Made by a program: the position numbers and the translations under genes. DNA of 64,000 bases from Octopus vulgaris. Lineage: Eukaryota. The DNA lies in assembly GCA_951406725.2 (NCBI GenBank), contig OX597817.1:175150001-175214000 (forward strand), given 5' to 3'. Positions 16,336 to 30,058 of the stretch are shown here, piece by piece; the first letter of the stretch is position 1; each line of letters opens with the position of its first letter. The notes beneath the pieces are model-generated. The model did not search any database. It worked only from the letters and a program-made list of their open reading frames with translations, and was not told where the DNA came from.

Positions 16336-16672
16336 TTATTAGTATTATCATCTTCATCATCATCATTATTATAATCAGCAGAAGCCACACAGTAACTTAG
16401 TTAAGATAATACTTTCTACTATAGGCCCAATGCTCAACTGGTATTTATTTCATTAACCTTGAAAAGAGGAAAGGCAAACTCAACCTTGGTAGAATTAGAA
16501 CTCAGAACGTAAATCGGAAGAACTGCTGCTAAGCATTTTCTCTGGCTTCTTAATGATTCTGCCAACTCATCATCTTTAAATCATTTATAATAATAAAATA
16601 TACAGCCATATATTGAGTTCTACGCTAACCTGTTTGTTTTACCAATCCAATATTTGTGTGTTTGCATATATA

Positions 16673-16908
16673 CAGGGTTGGCAAAAAGTCACCTGACAGT
16701 AAATCAAAATTCCATAAATACTTAATATTCAATTTTATTTATTCATTCCAATTATGAATGTTTAATAATTGAATGCTGTGAGTTAAAAATCACTGTTTTT
16801 TTTTCAACATTTGTCTATTTATTAGCGAAGTCTCATGTAAGATAATTTTTTGTTTTAATCTTGGAATTAAATGGTTTTGATTTATTGTCAGGTGACTTTT
16901 GGCTATCC

Positions 16909-16911
<3 letters not shown>
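16673..16911. mobile_element. Tc1/mariner-type MITE
   Basis: ~40-bp TIRs TA|CAGGGTTGGCAAAAAGTCACCTGACAGTAAATCAAAA and TTTTGATTTATTGTCAGGTGACTTTTGGCTATCCCTG. Confidence 0.8.
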
Positions 16912-16990
<79 letters not shown>

Positions 16991-17478
16991 TGGACATAGA
17001 TATTGCTGAGTGATTAGGTTTACTTTGCAACCATGAAGCCTTTGGTCCAATTTCCACCACATGGCATCTAGGGTAGGTGTCTTTACTATAGCCTTCCATG
17101 GACCCAGGCCTAACTGTGGGTAGACAGAAACCATGCAGATGCTCATTAGATGGGCTGTACATGTAATTACAGCTCCAGCCTTGTTAGACTGTGTCTTGCT
17201 GGTACTGTTTGAGAATTGCATTAAGTGTACACATGTCTATGAGGTACTCGGTCACTTTTCACACTAATTCAGTGTTTCAGTGAGTAGGTTGTTCAGTTGA
17301 TCAAACTACTAAACTCTCATTAGTGAAAATCAATGAGGGCGCTTACCACATATAGATGTGTGCATATGTATGTGAGTCTGTACATATATGTAAACACAAC
17401 ACATACATATATCTACAAACATGTACACACATTCATATACACAAACATGCATACTCACTCAAATACACACATAATGTT

Positions 17479-17529
<51 letters not shown>

Positions 17530-19282
17530 CTCTTTACTCTTTTACTATGTGTGTATACAATTTAATTTGTGAATTGCAAAATTTAGAGTTTTATTTTTGC
17601 TTTACATCTTCTTCTGAGAAATTGAGACAATTTTAAAACAGACTTTTGTTCCAATACTAATGTTCAGTGGGCTGCAAAGAGGTATGAAAGAAAAAACATT
17701 GCTGGGAGAGAGGCTAATAAGTAGCTGAAAGTAGGTGGGTTTTAAAGAATATTATTAAGAGAAAATGTAGTTAGAAGGAAACTTATGGATGATAAACAAC
17801 AAGGAGTTGTTGATGAGAGGAAGTTAATTTAAAGCTGAAAGTTAAACTTAATTTCACCTACCTTTGACATGCAGCTCTTCGTTAACATTGGTAATGTTTA
17901 TATTTTCTCCATAACAATACTTTTCTCTTCAAACCACACCTACTTTCAACTCATTAATAGCATTCTTCCATTCTTAGTATTTAAGCATTTCATTACCGTA
18001 TTCCTGTTAAAATTACACTGTGATTGTTTCAATTAATACACACACACACATCCTTAAAAATGAATTGATCAGATAAAAGAAGTGAAGTGAGAGAATATTC
18101 TATTCCTCTACAGCTGTTTCATAATCATATTACTTATATAATTGACATTACATCACCTTTCACATGTATGTACACCAATATATATAAATGCACCATACTC
18201 TTGGCTGAGAGCTTAGATTCTTTGAATCTTTATTCTTGCTATATATCTTTATCTGTCTGTCTGTCTGTCTGTCTGTCTGTGTGTATGTATGTATGTATGT
18301 ATGTATGTATGTATGTATGTATGTATGTATGTATGTATGTATTTGTATGTGCAATAATCAGCAAAGGCAAAACCAGAGCAGATTAATTTAATTACTTTAT
18401 TTTGTTATTTAGGTTTCAGTAATTCAGTTGTAACTTAGAGGTGGCTGTTGCACAATGTTTTGTGTAAAGTAATCTCTGTATTATATCTTCCAACAAGAAA
18501 ATAATTAAATTCAATTGTTCTTTTTTGAAGCTGAAATGCTGGGATGAATTTACATGACACACTGTGAAATAACCATCTCCAATGTATTATTAAAACTGAT
18601 ATAAACAGTGAAGTAATTAAATTAAACTTGCTCTTTTTTTATTTATTTAAAAATTGTACTTTACTCTATGGTCATTGCAGCCTGTACAAATGCACCTTGC
18701 TAATATGCATATATATGCTCAAAAGCATTCTTGTAAGCATATGTGTTGGAGTGTAAAACAATACTTTGAATTCTAAATAAACCTATAAACATATGCTGTG
18801 TCTTCTTAAAGCATATTTATAACTAAAATATATATATATATGTGTGTGTGTGTGCATGTATGTATGTGTATATATATATATACATATATATATATATTTA
18901 TATATATACATACATATACATATATATATTATATATACACACACACATACATATATACATTTAAAAAAGATAGAATGTCGTACTTCGTTTGACATCTATT
19001 TTTGTACTTGATTTGTTGTAATTATTTATCTTTTTCATGCAGCACATTATAAACATTGTAAATTCGCACTGTCCAAAATTACACCTGTACCTTGTATTTA
19101 CTTCAATTCAAATTTGCTTGCTACCTGTAACAGGAAAAAAAAAAATTCTTAGTAATTCTCAAACTTCTTACCATTGTTTTTGATGTGAGAATGAATAATT
19201 TTTCTTTTAGGTAATTAACATGAATGAGAAGGGTTTTGCTTGTTTATTTTATTTGGCTTTGGCATTTGCATATGTGTGTGGT

Positions 19283-19328
<46 letters not shown>

Positions 19329-21793
19329 TACACATGTTTGTGCCCGCACATACAACGCATATTTGTCCTTCACAGATACACAAGTATATACATATGTGTA
19401 AACATTTACATTCACATATGCACTATTCTACACACAGACACAAATGTACATGATTTCACATGCATAATCCATTTACACAAAGTGAACTGAAATTAGATTG
19501 ATATTAAGAGTTAGTTTTAAGTTTACAGGAAAAAATATTTTAAAGTCTCACTCATTTTTGGTTCATAAGAAACCAATATTATTATTATTATTATTTTTAT
19601 TATCATCATCATCCTCATCATTCACATGTTCTTTTGAATAAAGAGAGAAAAAAATAATTTAAAAAGTTAGGTTTACAATATAAATGCTGTGTAACCCTAG
19701 TCTGTTGCAGTTGTATCCTGTGAAGGTGAGTTTGGTATCTACCTTCATTTATTTAACCTTCTCCCCCAATTTTAAAATTATTTGAGATCCTTTTTTTTTT
19801 CATTTAGAACCTATGTCCTTGTGACACATAATTGATTTTTTTTTTGTACTGTATACATATTTTTAGAATTTGCTTTAAATTAATCCTCCTTTTGTGAGAA
19901 ACTTTGAGACTGAATTTTATCAGAGCATATTTTCATTTCAGTTTAATCTGATAGTACAACAGTGCAAGTGAGGGTTTATGATTTGTACATAATCTTTTAA
20001 AAATAGCTTTCTTGGCAATGTCACAAGGACCTGGGTCTTTTCCAAATGTTTAGCACGAAGAAGGAAAGACTTACAGCTTACCAAATAACAAGTGATCATG
20101 ATTAAAAAGAAAAACGATATTAAGTTATTTTTTTTATGGTCATTTTTAATGGAGGTGTTTGTTATAATTGATTTTGCTACTGCTGCTGTTGGTCCTCAAA
20201 ATGCAAACATAGATATAGGCAGGCAAATATATGCATGTGCATATATATAAGCATTTATGTTTGTGTGTATGTATGTATAATGTATATATGCATATGTGTG
20301 TGTACATATTTGTGTGTGTGTGTGTATTGAGAGAAAGAGAAGGAAAGAGATTAAAGAAGGATAAATGGTGAAAGTGATTTTGGCAGAATTTGAACTGAAA
20401 ATGCTGTTTCACAAATTATTTTAGTCCAGTGTTTAATTATTTCTACTATAGGCTATCATTTTTATTAAAAATTAACACCTATCACATTTCATTAATCTCG
20501 TTATGAACGTGAAAAATTTACTCATTGATGTGGGTTCTCAAAGCTAAGCTATTATCTCATGAATGTTAGTAGAATAAAGTTAGCACAGTATACTTGTCAG
20601 AGTAATTAGATTCCAAGGTTAATACTGTTAATGGGAACTCTTTCACTATAATTACCTTTTGTTTGCCATTTTAGAGAAACTTTATTTTAATCATAGAAAA
20701 TAAAATCATTTGTTGTAAAATTTAGATAATCCCCTTCTTTTAAGAATGAATTTTATACATAACATATTTAGGCATAGAATGTTTCCAACTGTTATTTATA
20801 TAAATGCTTATTTTTTCTTTTTTTTTTTCTCAAAATGTTTTAGAGTTCTATTGTGAAACCTGTTAATCTTCAGTAGCTCTCATTAATGTTACCAATGCTA
20901 TGTTAAGTGTTTTAAAATTAGCTGATCAAGTTTTGATTGGGTCACTCAGTTAGGACTAAAAGTGCTTTGCCATGACCCTTGTAAAATTGTACCTTTCTGC
21001 TGAGGTTCTCACACTTTTATTTAGAACAATTTAATGTAGAAGTGGTTTCTTCAAGTTATATAGTAATAAAAAGAAGAAAGAAAGAAAAATTAGTAAACAA
21101 AACAATACAAATCTCTACAAATCCGTAGTGAACAAACACATAAAAATCATTGTGAATTGTATTAAACTGATTACTCTCAATGTAACAGATAAAAGAGGTT
21201 CATCTTATTCTAAGCATCCAATTTAAGGGACATCACAGCAGCAATAGTTATCAACAAGGTGAATGAATGGGTAAACATGGTAATACTGCATGTAGTTTAA
21301 GCATGAAACTAAAAGAAAAGAAAAAGAAAAACTGCAAACACATCTTACACTTTTATAATTAAATCCTTGTTTTGTAGCTGGGCGGCATGGATCAGATTTG
21401 TGGCAATCCCTCCCATTTTGCTATTTATCCAAGTCTGTAGCCAGACAGGCTTCTGTTGCTTTCATTGTGTCTTATCGCTTTCTTCCTGTGATTTGATTTC
21501 TTTGTTTGTATTTTTGTTGGTTATGATTCCTCTTGTTAATTGTCATTGACAAATATATATATTATATTTATATTAATTTCTTTTTGCTGTGTTATAGATT
21601 TCAATGATTAAAAAACAGCCTAAATTATTTTTAGATTTTTTTTTTTAACTGCTGGTGCATGCAGCAATATAAATATTTTAAAATGATATTGATAAAGTGT
21701 TATTGATGAAATTGATGAAGCTGATTGTGAATGTTAGTTGAATGATTCCACATTCTTTGACATATGTTTGATTGATATTGGTTTTTATTTTAG

Positions 21794-21834
21794 ATCAATT
21801 GTATGATCAGATGGAGTATGATGAAAATGAAAGG
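21794..21834 (+). CDS. tau/MAP2/MAP4-like gene, exon A: (D)QLYDQMEYDENER; the ATG at 21811 could be the start
   Basis: ttttattttag acceptor and AGG|gtatgt donor. 41 nt, ends in phase 0, matching the next exon. Confidence 0.6.
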
Positions 21835-22392
21835 GTATGTATTAATAAAGCACTTTACTAATTTTCCTTCATTTAGAAAGAACTGAGTCTCTCCTTAAGT
21901 TTGTTGGTTATATTGTTCCTTGCTTTGCACTTTCAAATTCTCCAAACAATAGTTTACTCCAATTTTTGTGAACAATACATATATTTATTGAAACCATTTT
22001 TGTGCCTTGGTGTGTAATTAATACTAAATATCTTTAAGACGCTGAGATGGAAAGAATGGATCAATGTTTGTGGAGATTATTACTTTGTAGTATTTTGGCT
22101 CTGAGATCAAATTCTACTTGATCGGATTTGCCATATACCCTTGTATCTTCCTTTTACCTTTTACTTGTTTCATTCATTGGACTGGCCATGCTGGGGCACC
22201 ATATTGAAGGAATTAGTCAAACAAATCAATCCAGCACTTATTTTCTAAATCTGAGACTTATTTCATTAGTCCCTTTTGTCTAAATGCTAAGCTCTAGGGA
22301 CATAAGCAAATCAATACAAATTGTCAAGAACTGGAAGAAGGAAAGTCACAAAGACATACATAGACATGCACATGTGTGCACGCATGCACACA

Positions 22393-22424
<32 letters not shown>

Positions 22425-24264
22425 TTTTAGACTTCTGCATAGTTTCCATCTGCTAACTTTACTCATAAGGCATTGGTTGACTCAGGGCTTTAGTTGAAGA
22501 TATTTGCCCAAAACACTACATGGTGGGCTTGAACCCGAAAATATGTGGTTGCAATCAAGTTTCTTAACCACAGCCATGCCTTCTCCTACGTTGCTTCAAT
22601 ATCACATCAGTACATGATATGGACTTTATTCAATTGACTATGTTTCTCCACTACAAAAATAGAACTTGTAAGGGCTGAGTAAGGAACAAATACCACATGA
22701 CATTCAGCATTATTTATTTTATGATATTTATATCAAAAAGTATTATTATTTATGTTTATAACATGATTTATTCTGTAAAAGTAATGTGTGATTTACTCAC
22801 AAAAGCAGAGGAGGTTTTAAGGTCAAAGTAAACGTTTTAGTCATTAGTTGAAGACTCAGACTATTTGATCAAATGTTACACTCATATATGTGACCCAAAT
22901 GAGGTTATTAGCTAAATCTTAATATAAAGTAATAAAACCTGGCAGTAGTTTGTGTTCATTAGCTTTTTTTTTTAATATGAAAAAGGCATTAGTATATCTT
23001 TTTATATATAATTTCAATTATTATTTAATATCAACTATAATTATATGTGAAGCTTGAATAGGTCACTTAATATACTGGAAAGTTAATTATTGTATAAATA
23101 CTTAAATATACTCCTAATAGGATTGTTTAGTTTTTCAATGTAATTTTCTTTTTAATTAAGACTTAAACTAAAAAAAGGTTGTGAAATAAGTTCAATACTT
23201 TGGTACATCTAGTATATTACATAATTAATTCAGAAATTACCAAAATTGCTATGGATTGCAAAACATCGTAAAATTGTATTTAAAAATGCAAAAATTGACC
23301 TGCTTCATATTTTTGTTTTAAATCGGTGAATTAGATAGAATTAGTTCTCGATACTCAAGGTTTTAAGTTTTTGTATATTAGGTCAGTATCTAATTCACAT
23401 ACTTAAACAAAGAACCTTGTTTAAATTCAGCATTAGAATTTTCTTTCTCATAAGGCATGTAAACTTGTTCCATTTTGTTAAATTTACAGTGCAGCTAACC
23501 TCACATTATAGCACTTTGCTTTAGTCCATTTTCTTATAATTAGATATTATTGTATTTTTAAATAAAACATTTTAACTTTGTAACTTAAGTCCACCACAGA
23601 GAACAATAATGTCTAGTTATTTATGGCTTCATCCTTATTGATTTAGCTACTTTAACAGGTTTAAGAATGATTTTAATCTCAAAGAAATTAAATTGGTTAT
23701 GAAATAAGTAGTGAGAAATAAATTTAGATTTCAATCCTGACGGCTTTGAAACTGGCGTTTAATAAAGTAATTAATCTTTCTATCAAGATACTTTAATTCA
23801 GATTTCTAGATTAAAGTAAAATGATACAAGGCAATCCTTTCGTCAAACTGAATCCATAATAACCATTTCATTTCACCTCATGACACAGACACCTGTGGAA
23901 AAGAAATGAACAGTATGCAACCTCAGTGCTTTTATTTATTTATTTATTTATTTTATTTATTTTTTTTTGATTATCATAAAACTATGATCTCATACAGAAG
24001 TCATTGACTAGAGACAACAGAATCTTTTCAGAATGTGGGGGAAAACATTTAATCTTACGTTTTGTGTATCTTAATAAATCTTCTGAAGTTAATTTCTTTC
24101 TTCTTCTTTATTATTAAGATTTGGTCTGAGCACAAATTTTAGCTTGTAACCACTTTATGAATTACAAAAATGAAAGAAAACAAGCTTTTTAACTGTAAAC
24201 CATTCCTGAAAATCTTTGTTGATTAATTTTTTTTTTAATATGAAGCATCTTATTTATTTTATAG

Positions 24265-24451
24265 CTCTCACCACTGTCACCAAATGCTAGAAAGAGATAT
24301 GGGATCAATGCTAGAAATGAAACTTATCGCCCAGGAGGAGGGAATGTTCGGATTTTCAGTGAAAAGATGGATTTCAAAAACGTTTCGTCAAGAATTGACT
24401 CACGCAGTAAATCCCCTCGGAAATCCCCTCCTTCATCAACTCAGAGTCCGG
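24265..24451 (+). CDS. tau-like exon B: LSPLSPNARKRYGINARNETYRPGGGNVRIFSEKMDFKNVSSRIDSRSKSPRKSPPSSTQSP
   Basis: ttttatag acceptor and G|gtaagc donor. 187 nt, phase 0-1; PGGG motif and SP-rich segment. Confidence 0.88.
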
Positions 24452-24782
24452 GTAAGCAAACTTGACTTAATCAATTGCAGGTTAGATGTATTTCACAAAA
24501 TGCCACCTGTTCAAAGTAGCCTAATTGTCTTTTCATTTATTGTTATTGTTTGTTATTTAAAAAAAAATATAAGTGCTTTTACAATTTTAGTCTTAGCAAT
24601 GTTAAAGCAAGACAAAAAGAAAATAGACATAATTTTTTATCACCTGAAGTAGAGAGGATAAGTTATTGAAGACTGGTGATGAAAGGACTTTGGCAAACAC
24701 AACTGATTGAATGATTAACTGAGTGATTAGTCAATCAACCAATTAGTTAGTTAGTTAAATAACTAACCAAATGAATTTTTGT

Positions 24783-24927
24783 GTCATTCTCTTTTAGTGT
24801 CGCATTATCTAACACACCCACTGGTAAAGTTTCCACTCATTTACTTTATTATTTTTCCTAAAATTTTCGTTGCATCTTGCAACCTTTTCAATAGATGTTG
24901 ACTAATAAGGCACTAAAAGAGAATGAC
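24783..24927. mobile_element. Short inverted-repeat-bounded element carrying a hammerhead motif
   Basis: 17-bp IR GTCATTCTCTTTTAGTG / CACTAAAAGAGAATGAC enclosing the motif at 24858-24894. Confidence 0.6.
24858..24894 (-). ncRNA. Minimal hammerhead motif, U3-A8 variant
   Basis: Minus strand CUA-UUGAAAA-G-GUUGCA-AGA-UGCAAC-GAAA-AU-UU-UAG: 6-bp stem II, palindromic stem III AAUU, 3-bp stem I. Confidence 0.6.
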
Positions 24928-25155
24928 TCTCCCCAGACACAACAAAATACGCTTCAACACATGAACTCACATAAAGAATCTTGCAATCCAAATCCAAAAA
25001 ACGAAGTAACCAAATGATGAATAATAAAACATTGAAATTGAATCAGTGCATGTTTATATCATTAGAATAATGACCCTCCCAAAACACTACAAATATACAA
25101 TTGTAATTTTGTTTTACTTAAATGTTAGTTTGCTCCTCAAATTTTGTAGTCTTGA

Positions 25156-25373
25156 CCCTTTAGTATTCAGGCTTTTTTGTCAAATGCGTTGCTTATTTAT
25201 TTGCATTATTGTGAATCAATGATGCATTATCTTGTAGCTTCAATATTTCAATGATGTGTTTGTATATTTTTCATGACATTGTTGGGTAGGTGTGAGAAGT
25301 TGGATCTAGTCAGTTTTAACATAAAACAGATAGAATATTTGGACCAGATGTGGCCAGATTAAATGCTATAGGG
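25156..25373. mobile_element. piggyBac-type MITE, same family as 46866-47056
   Basis: CCCTTTAGTATT...AATGCTATAGGG termini in a degenerate TTAA context. The internal sequence (TTATCTTGTAGCTT, ATGACA.TGT.GGGTAG.TGTGAG) is shared with 46866-47056. Confidence 0.65.
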
Positions 25374-25587
25374 CTAATTCTTTATTACATCAGTATCTCC
25401 TCTTTTACAAGAAGTTTGAATGAATAGTTAAGAAAAAATTCTTAAAAGATATTGAATTTGTAATTTTGAAATCTTGTTAATTTGTGCACTATTATTGATA
25501 AATATGTTGGTAATACTTAATTAATGTTTTGTTTACTTTTTCTTTCATTTATGTGCGATGTGCTATTTTCTTTATGTTTTTACGTAG

Positions 25588-25697
25588 CACGGCAAATAGC
25601 AGGAGCAGAACATTCCTCACCGTCACCAAGCTCTCGAAATGTTCGTTCTAAAATTGGATCTTTGGACAATGCTAGGCATACACCTGGTGGGGGAAAT
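25588..25697 (+). CDS. tau-like exon C: (A)RQIAGAEHSSPSPSSRNVRSKIGSLDNARHTPGGGN (repeat 1)
   Basis: ttttacgtag acceptor and AAT|gtaagt donor. 110 nt, phase 1-0; SKIGSLDN..H.PGGG is the tau/MAP tubulin-binding repeat. Confidence 0.95.
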
Positions 25698-26740
25698 GTA
25701 AGTCCTTTAATAAATGTTTTGTACTGTCTTTCTCCGTGCACTGAGATGAATGCATGAGTGTATGTGTACAAAAAACAGGAAGAAAATATAACCCACATGG
25801 TCTCCATTCTGCTTTCTTTTTTATATTCCTCTCTTATACCCTTCATTTCTTCTCTGTTTCTCTCTTCATCTAGTATTAGATGATAATTATCTGTGATGAA
25901 AAGAGGCTTAATTTGAATTCTATGATGTTTTCCTCTCATTAACTACCACCTTGTTTTTGGCAGTATAGTTGGTGTTAATATAAATCTCTGGCGCATGTAT
26001 TTATTTACCCTTCTTGAAAGCTTATCTCTCATGAAGTGGCACTCTTACAGCTTTCTTGACCTGAACTAAAGGAATGCAGTTCAAATATGCTCGTGGCACA
26101 TTCTAACCTGTGAGCGAGCCATTCACTGTATTTTGCCATGGAGAAAATTTCACACTGTAGACAAATGGTGTAAACACCTAAATCAGCTCACAGTGCCACC
26201 TACCCAGACTGTAAGATGCAAGCATTTTGGAGTGGTTATCTCCTCTTCAGTCACAGAAACCAGAGAAGAATAATTTATTTTCCCTATGAACACAAAATGC
26301 TACCAATGAGAGAGTTTAATCTAAAGGTCTGTCTAATACAGATTTATCTCCTCATCAACTAATCCACTTGTAGCTCACATTTAATTTCTGATAAAATAAC
26401 AAATAAGTTGGCTTGACAAATTTCTTTCTTTTTCATCTTATTTGCATAGGCACAGTGCCATGCATTTGGTGGAGGGAACTGTGAATTATATCAATCGTAG
26501 TCCTTGACCAATATTTTAGCTTATTGACCCTATAAAGATGTCATGATTCTGTATGGATGTCAGGTAAAGTCCGCAATAGTGAGATTTGAACTTAGGACGA
26601 GGAGAGCTGCTTTAACATATTGTGAAACATTTTGTGTATTGCTCTACCAATTCTGCCAACGCCTCACCCTTTACAATCAATATTAATAATGTTAATGGCT
26701 GTTTTATATGACACATACCAGTACATGAATCATTATTTTA

Positions 26741-27136
26741 GTGGCTGTGTGGTAAGTAGCTTGCTAACCAACCACATGGTTCTAGGTTCAGCTCCACAGC
26801 GTGGCATCTTGGGCAAGTGTCTTCTGCTATAGCCCCGGGCCGACCAGTGAGTGGATTTGGTAGATGGAAACTGAAAGAAGCCTGTCGTATATATGTATAT
26901 ATATATAAGTGTGTGTGTATATGTTTGTGTGTGTGTGTGTTTGTCCCCCTAGCATTGCTTGACAACCGATGCTGGTGTGTTTACGTCCCCATAACTTAGC
27001 GGTTTGGCAAAAGAGACCGATAGAATAAGTACTGGGCTTACAAAGAATAAGTCCCGGGGTCGATTTGCTCGACTAAAGGCGGTGCTCCAGCATGGCCGCA
27101 GTCAAATGACTGAAACAAGTAAAAGAGTAAAAGAGT
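26741..27136 (+). mobile_element. tRNA-derived SINE family A (~400 bp), (AAAAGAGT)n tail
   Basis: TGGCTGTGTGGTAAG A-box-like and GGTTCAG B-box-like motifs, internal (TA)/(TG) tract. Near-identical copies at 28662-29066 (-) and 30059-30462 (+). Confidence 0.9.
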
Positions 27137-27775
27137 GTATATAATATTATATATAATACTGATGTGTATAATGTTTATAATGTGTATATAAGCATGGAAT
27201 GGTTCTACCTATAATATTTTGTCTATGAGAAACTTCTCAAAGGAATTGTGTGTTAAAGACACAGGGCATCATTTAGAATGCCAGTGGATTACCAGACATG
27301 GTTGGTGTTTCAACTTGATTTGATTTCCTCACTGAGCTCAACCAAATATACTTGTTTCGGTAGAGAAATCAGTCAGGAATGCATCGACTGATTGGTGCAA
27401 AAGCAGGCCAGGCTGGAATCAAATTATATGCAGCATCAGATTAGAATACCAAATACCAGGGTGTATAATATTTATGTGTATACAAATGTGGAATGGCACT
27501 GGGCTATCATATCCTGAAGCCATCACCACTCTTGTGACCCTCCTCCTTCTTCCCCTCCTTGCTCCTGCATCCCTCCGCCTCCCCCTCCTCCTCCTATAAT
27601 TTTCATTTTTATATGTTGCGTTACATAGTTGGGTTTTTGTAAAGCATCTTTTATGAAAGATGCTGAATATGAAAGTATTATTATTATTTTTATTATTATT
27701 ATTATTTTTGATTTCTTGATTTCTTACCTTTTGGTTTGGTTGATGATCTGCATTGATTTTGTTTTGTATTGGAAG

Positions 27776-27835
27776 TCAAAGACATCAGGGAAGACTGGCA
27801 GATCTAAGGATAGTCCAAGGAAGAAAAAATCAAAG
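27776..27835 (+). CDS. Candidate 60-nt cassette exon SKTSGKTGRSKDSPRKKKSK
   Basis: T-rich tract with an AAG acceptor and AAG|gttgga donor. Phase 0-0, purine-rich, K/S/SP composition like the host protein; both splice sites are weak. Confidence 0.45.
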
Positions 27836-28661
27836 GTTGGAATTCACACTTGTATTATGCAGCCATTCCGACTACCAAAGCTCTCCAAAACATTATTCCT
27901 TGGCACACTCTGATGTTCACTTCAGATCAATAACAATTACAGCTTAACACTTACCCATAGATATATTCCAATATTAATACTACAGTTTGAGTATAACATC
28001 AGCTTTCACTATCCCTATCCTAGCTCATTGCTACAGAGTTGGCTAATTTGTAATTACTTTCTAAACAAGCTCTGTTCCCCCATGCTTAAGCTTTGGTACA
28101 TCACATCAGCTATATGCATGACATTCCTTCTTGGTTACATCTGTTTTTAATGTTTCCTGAATGTTGAAATCGTTTTAGCTACATCGTATATTTTAATAAA
28201 TTTCAAATTATTTCATTTGGTATACATACATGCATACGTACATACGTGCAGACATATACGCACACACATGTACTTATTTGTATGAATGCTTGCATGTATT
28301 TTTATAAACTTTTGGATCATTCTAACTGTTGTACCACATTTTTCATTATTGTCATCTTTTTGGTATAATCTCCAGTCTTTTTCTGGTATGAATGTAGATA
28401 TTCATGAACTTGACAGACATGCAGCTGCAATTGATGACTGCAATTGTATGCCTGTCAGTGTTGTATGCCAGTCAGTATTGTGTTTGTATACATACAGTTA
28501 ACCACATTTGAGAAAGATACCGTTTCATTCACTATCATCTGATCTTGACATAAAAAAGGTTGGCAACAATAATTGTTTCAGATCTTAATTCAGATTACTA
28601 AGCACTTACCTGAAACCATATCGCTTGTGTTTACATCACATGTCTTTATTACATATAGATT

Positions 28662-29066
28662 ACTCTTTTACTCTTTTACTGGTTTCCATCATTTGACTGT
28701 GGACATGCTGGAGCACCGCCTTTAGTCGAGTAAATTGACCCCAGGCCTTATTCTTTGTAAGCCTAGTACTTATTCTATCGGTCTCTTTTGCTGAACCGCT
28801 AAGTTACGGGGATGCAAACACACCAGCATCGGTTGTCAAGCGATGTTGGGGGAAGGGACAAACAGACACACATACATATATATATATATATATACATATA
28901 TACGACTGGCTTCTTTCAGTTTCTCTCTACCAAATGCACTCACAAGGCTTTGGTCGGCCTGAGGCAATAATAGAAGACACTTGCCCAAGGTGCCACGCAG
29001 TGGGACTGAACCTGGAACTATGTGGTTGGTAAGCAAGCTACTTACCACACAGCCACTCCTGTGCCT
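28662..29066 (-). mobile_element. SINE family A
   Basis: Reverse complement of 26741-27136. Confidence 0.9.
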
Positions 29067-30058
29067 ATGTAGCCTATTAGGTAGCAAAATATATACATCA
29101 TACTGTAATTGCTACATTACTCTATTCTTGTATACGCTATAGCTGTTTAACACCTCTGGTTTCAGATCAGTGTAAAGCATGGCATATATGTGGAATACAA
29201 GTTTGCCTCTATACATTCAGTTGTTTATCCCACTATCAAAGGTTTGCTCAAGCAGAACTAGCTGGGTTTATTCAACAACATCAAATGTTTTATCCTTTTG
29301 ACATAGTATAGATGGAAGGAGATTCGACTGTTAATTGTTCTGAGGGACCAAATACTGGTACCGTTCTTTGCTTGGGATTTCTTAAACATCACCTACCACT
29401 TGAAGGGGTTATTGTACCCACAAACATCTTTATTTTATCTACTTCTGTTGATATTGCTAAATTCTCAGAATCTGGAATCAACAAAATAATAAAAATCCTA
29501 GAAGCACTTTTTATTGATAACACCAAATCCACAGATTCCTTTTTATTGGCTCACTGTGTGGATTTGTGCTGCTACACAACCCTCATATCAATCTGCAATG
29601 TCAAGTAATGTATAAGGTTTTCAACAAAAAAACAAAAACAAAAAACTCCCTTCCTTACATCTTCTGTCAGGTAAAATACTAAATACCTTTTATTGGGAAG
29701 CAGCAGATGTCCTTAGATGGCAAAACATCTCTTGAGTTGCTAAGCCTTGTGGCATGCAACAGCAACACCTTTAGAAGTTTTAATTTCCCAAATGCACCAT
29801 CACAAAGAATAGTATTCTTACCAGTCTTTCTTAGCATGTAACTACACAACTGGAATGCCAGTTCTGTCAATGACATTTAAGAAATTCAGGGCAGGTTTAG
29901 TTAATCAAGCTAACAAGTTTTTTTTTATCAACTCATTTGGATTGATAGTTTGTTAATATCTCACTGAGTTATGTGTTTTAATGCTATAATGTTTGTGTAA
30001 TCTTCATATTGTTGTAGAAGGCTGGTTTACAATTACTATGATAATCATTTATATATAT

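Noticed and set aside
24284-24652. 122-aa ORF MLERDMGSML...
   Set aside because: Off-frame overlap of exon B; the frame that matches the splice phases encodes the PGGG motif.
26741-26820. tRNA-like A/B boxes
   Set aside because: These are SINE heads repeated across the window; no cloverleaf.
29312-29608. 98-aa ORF of normal complexity
   Set aside because: No recognisable motif or convincing splice sites; probably decayed repeat.
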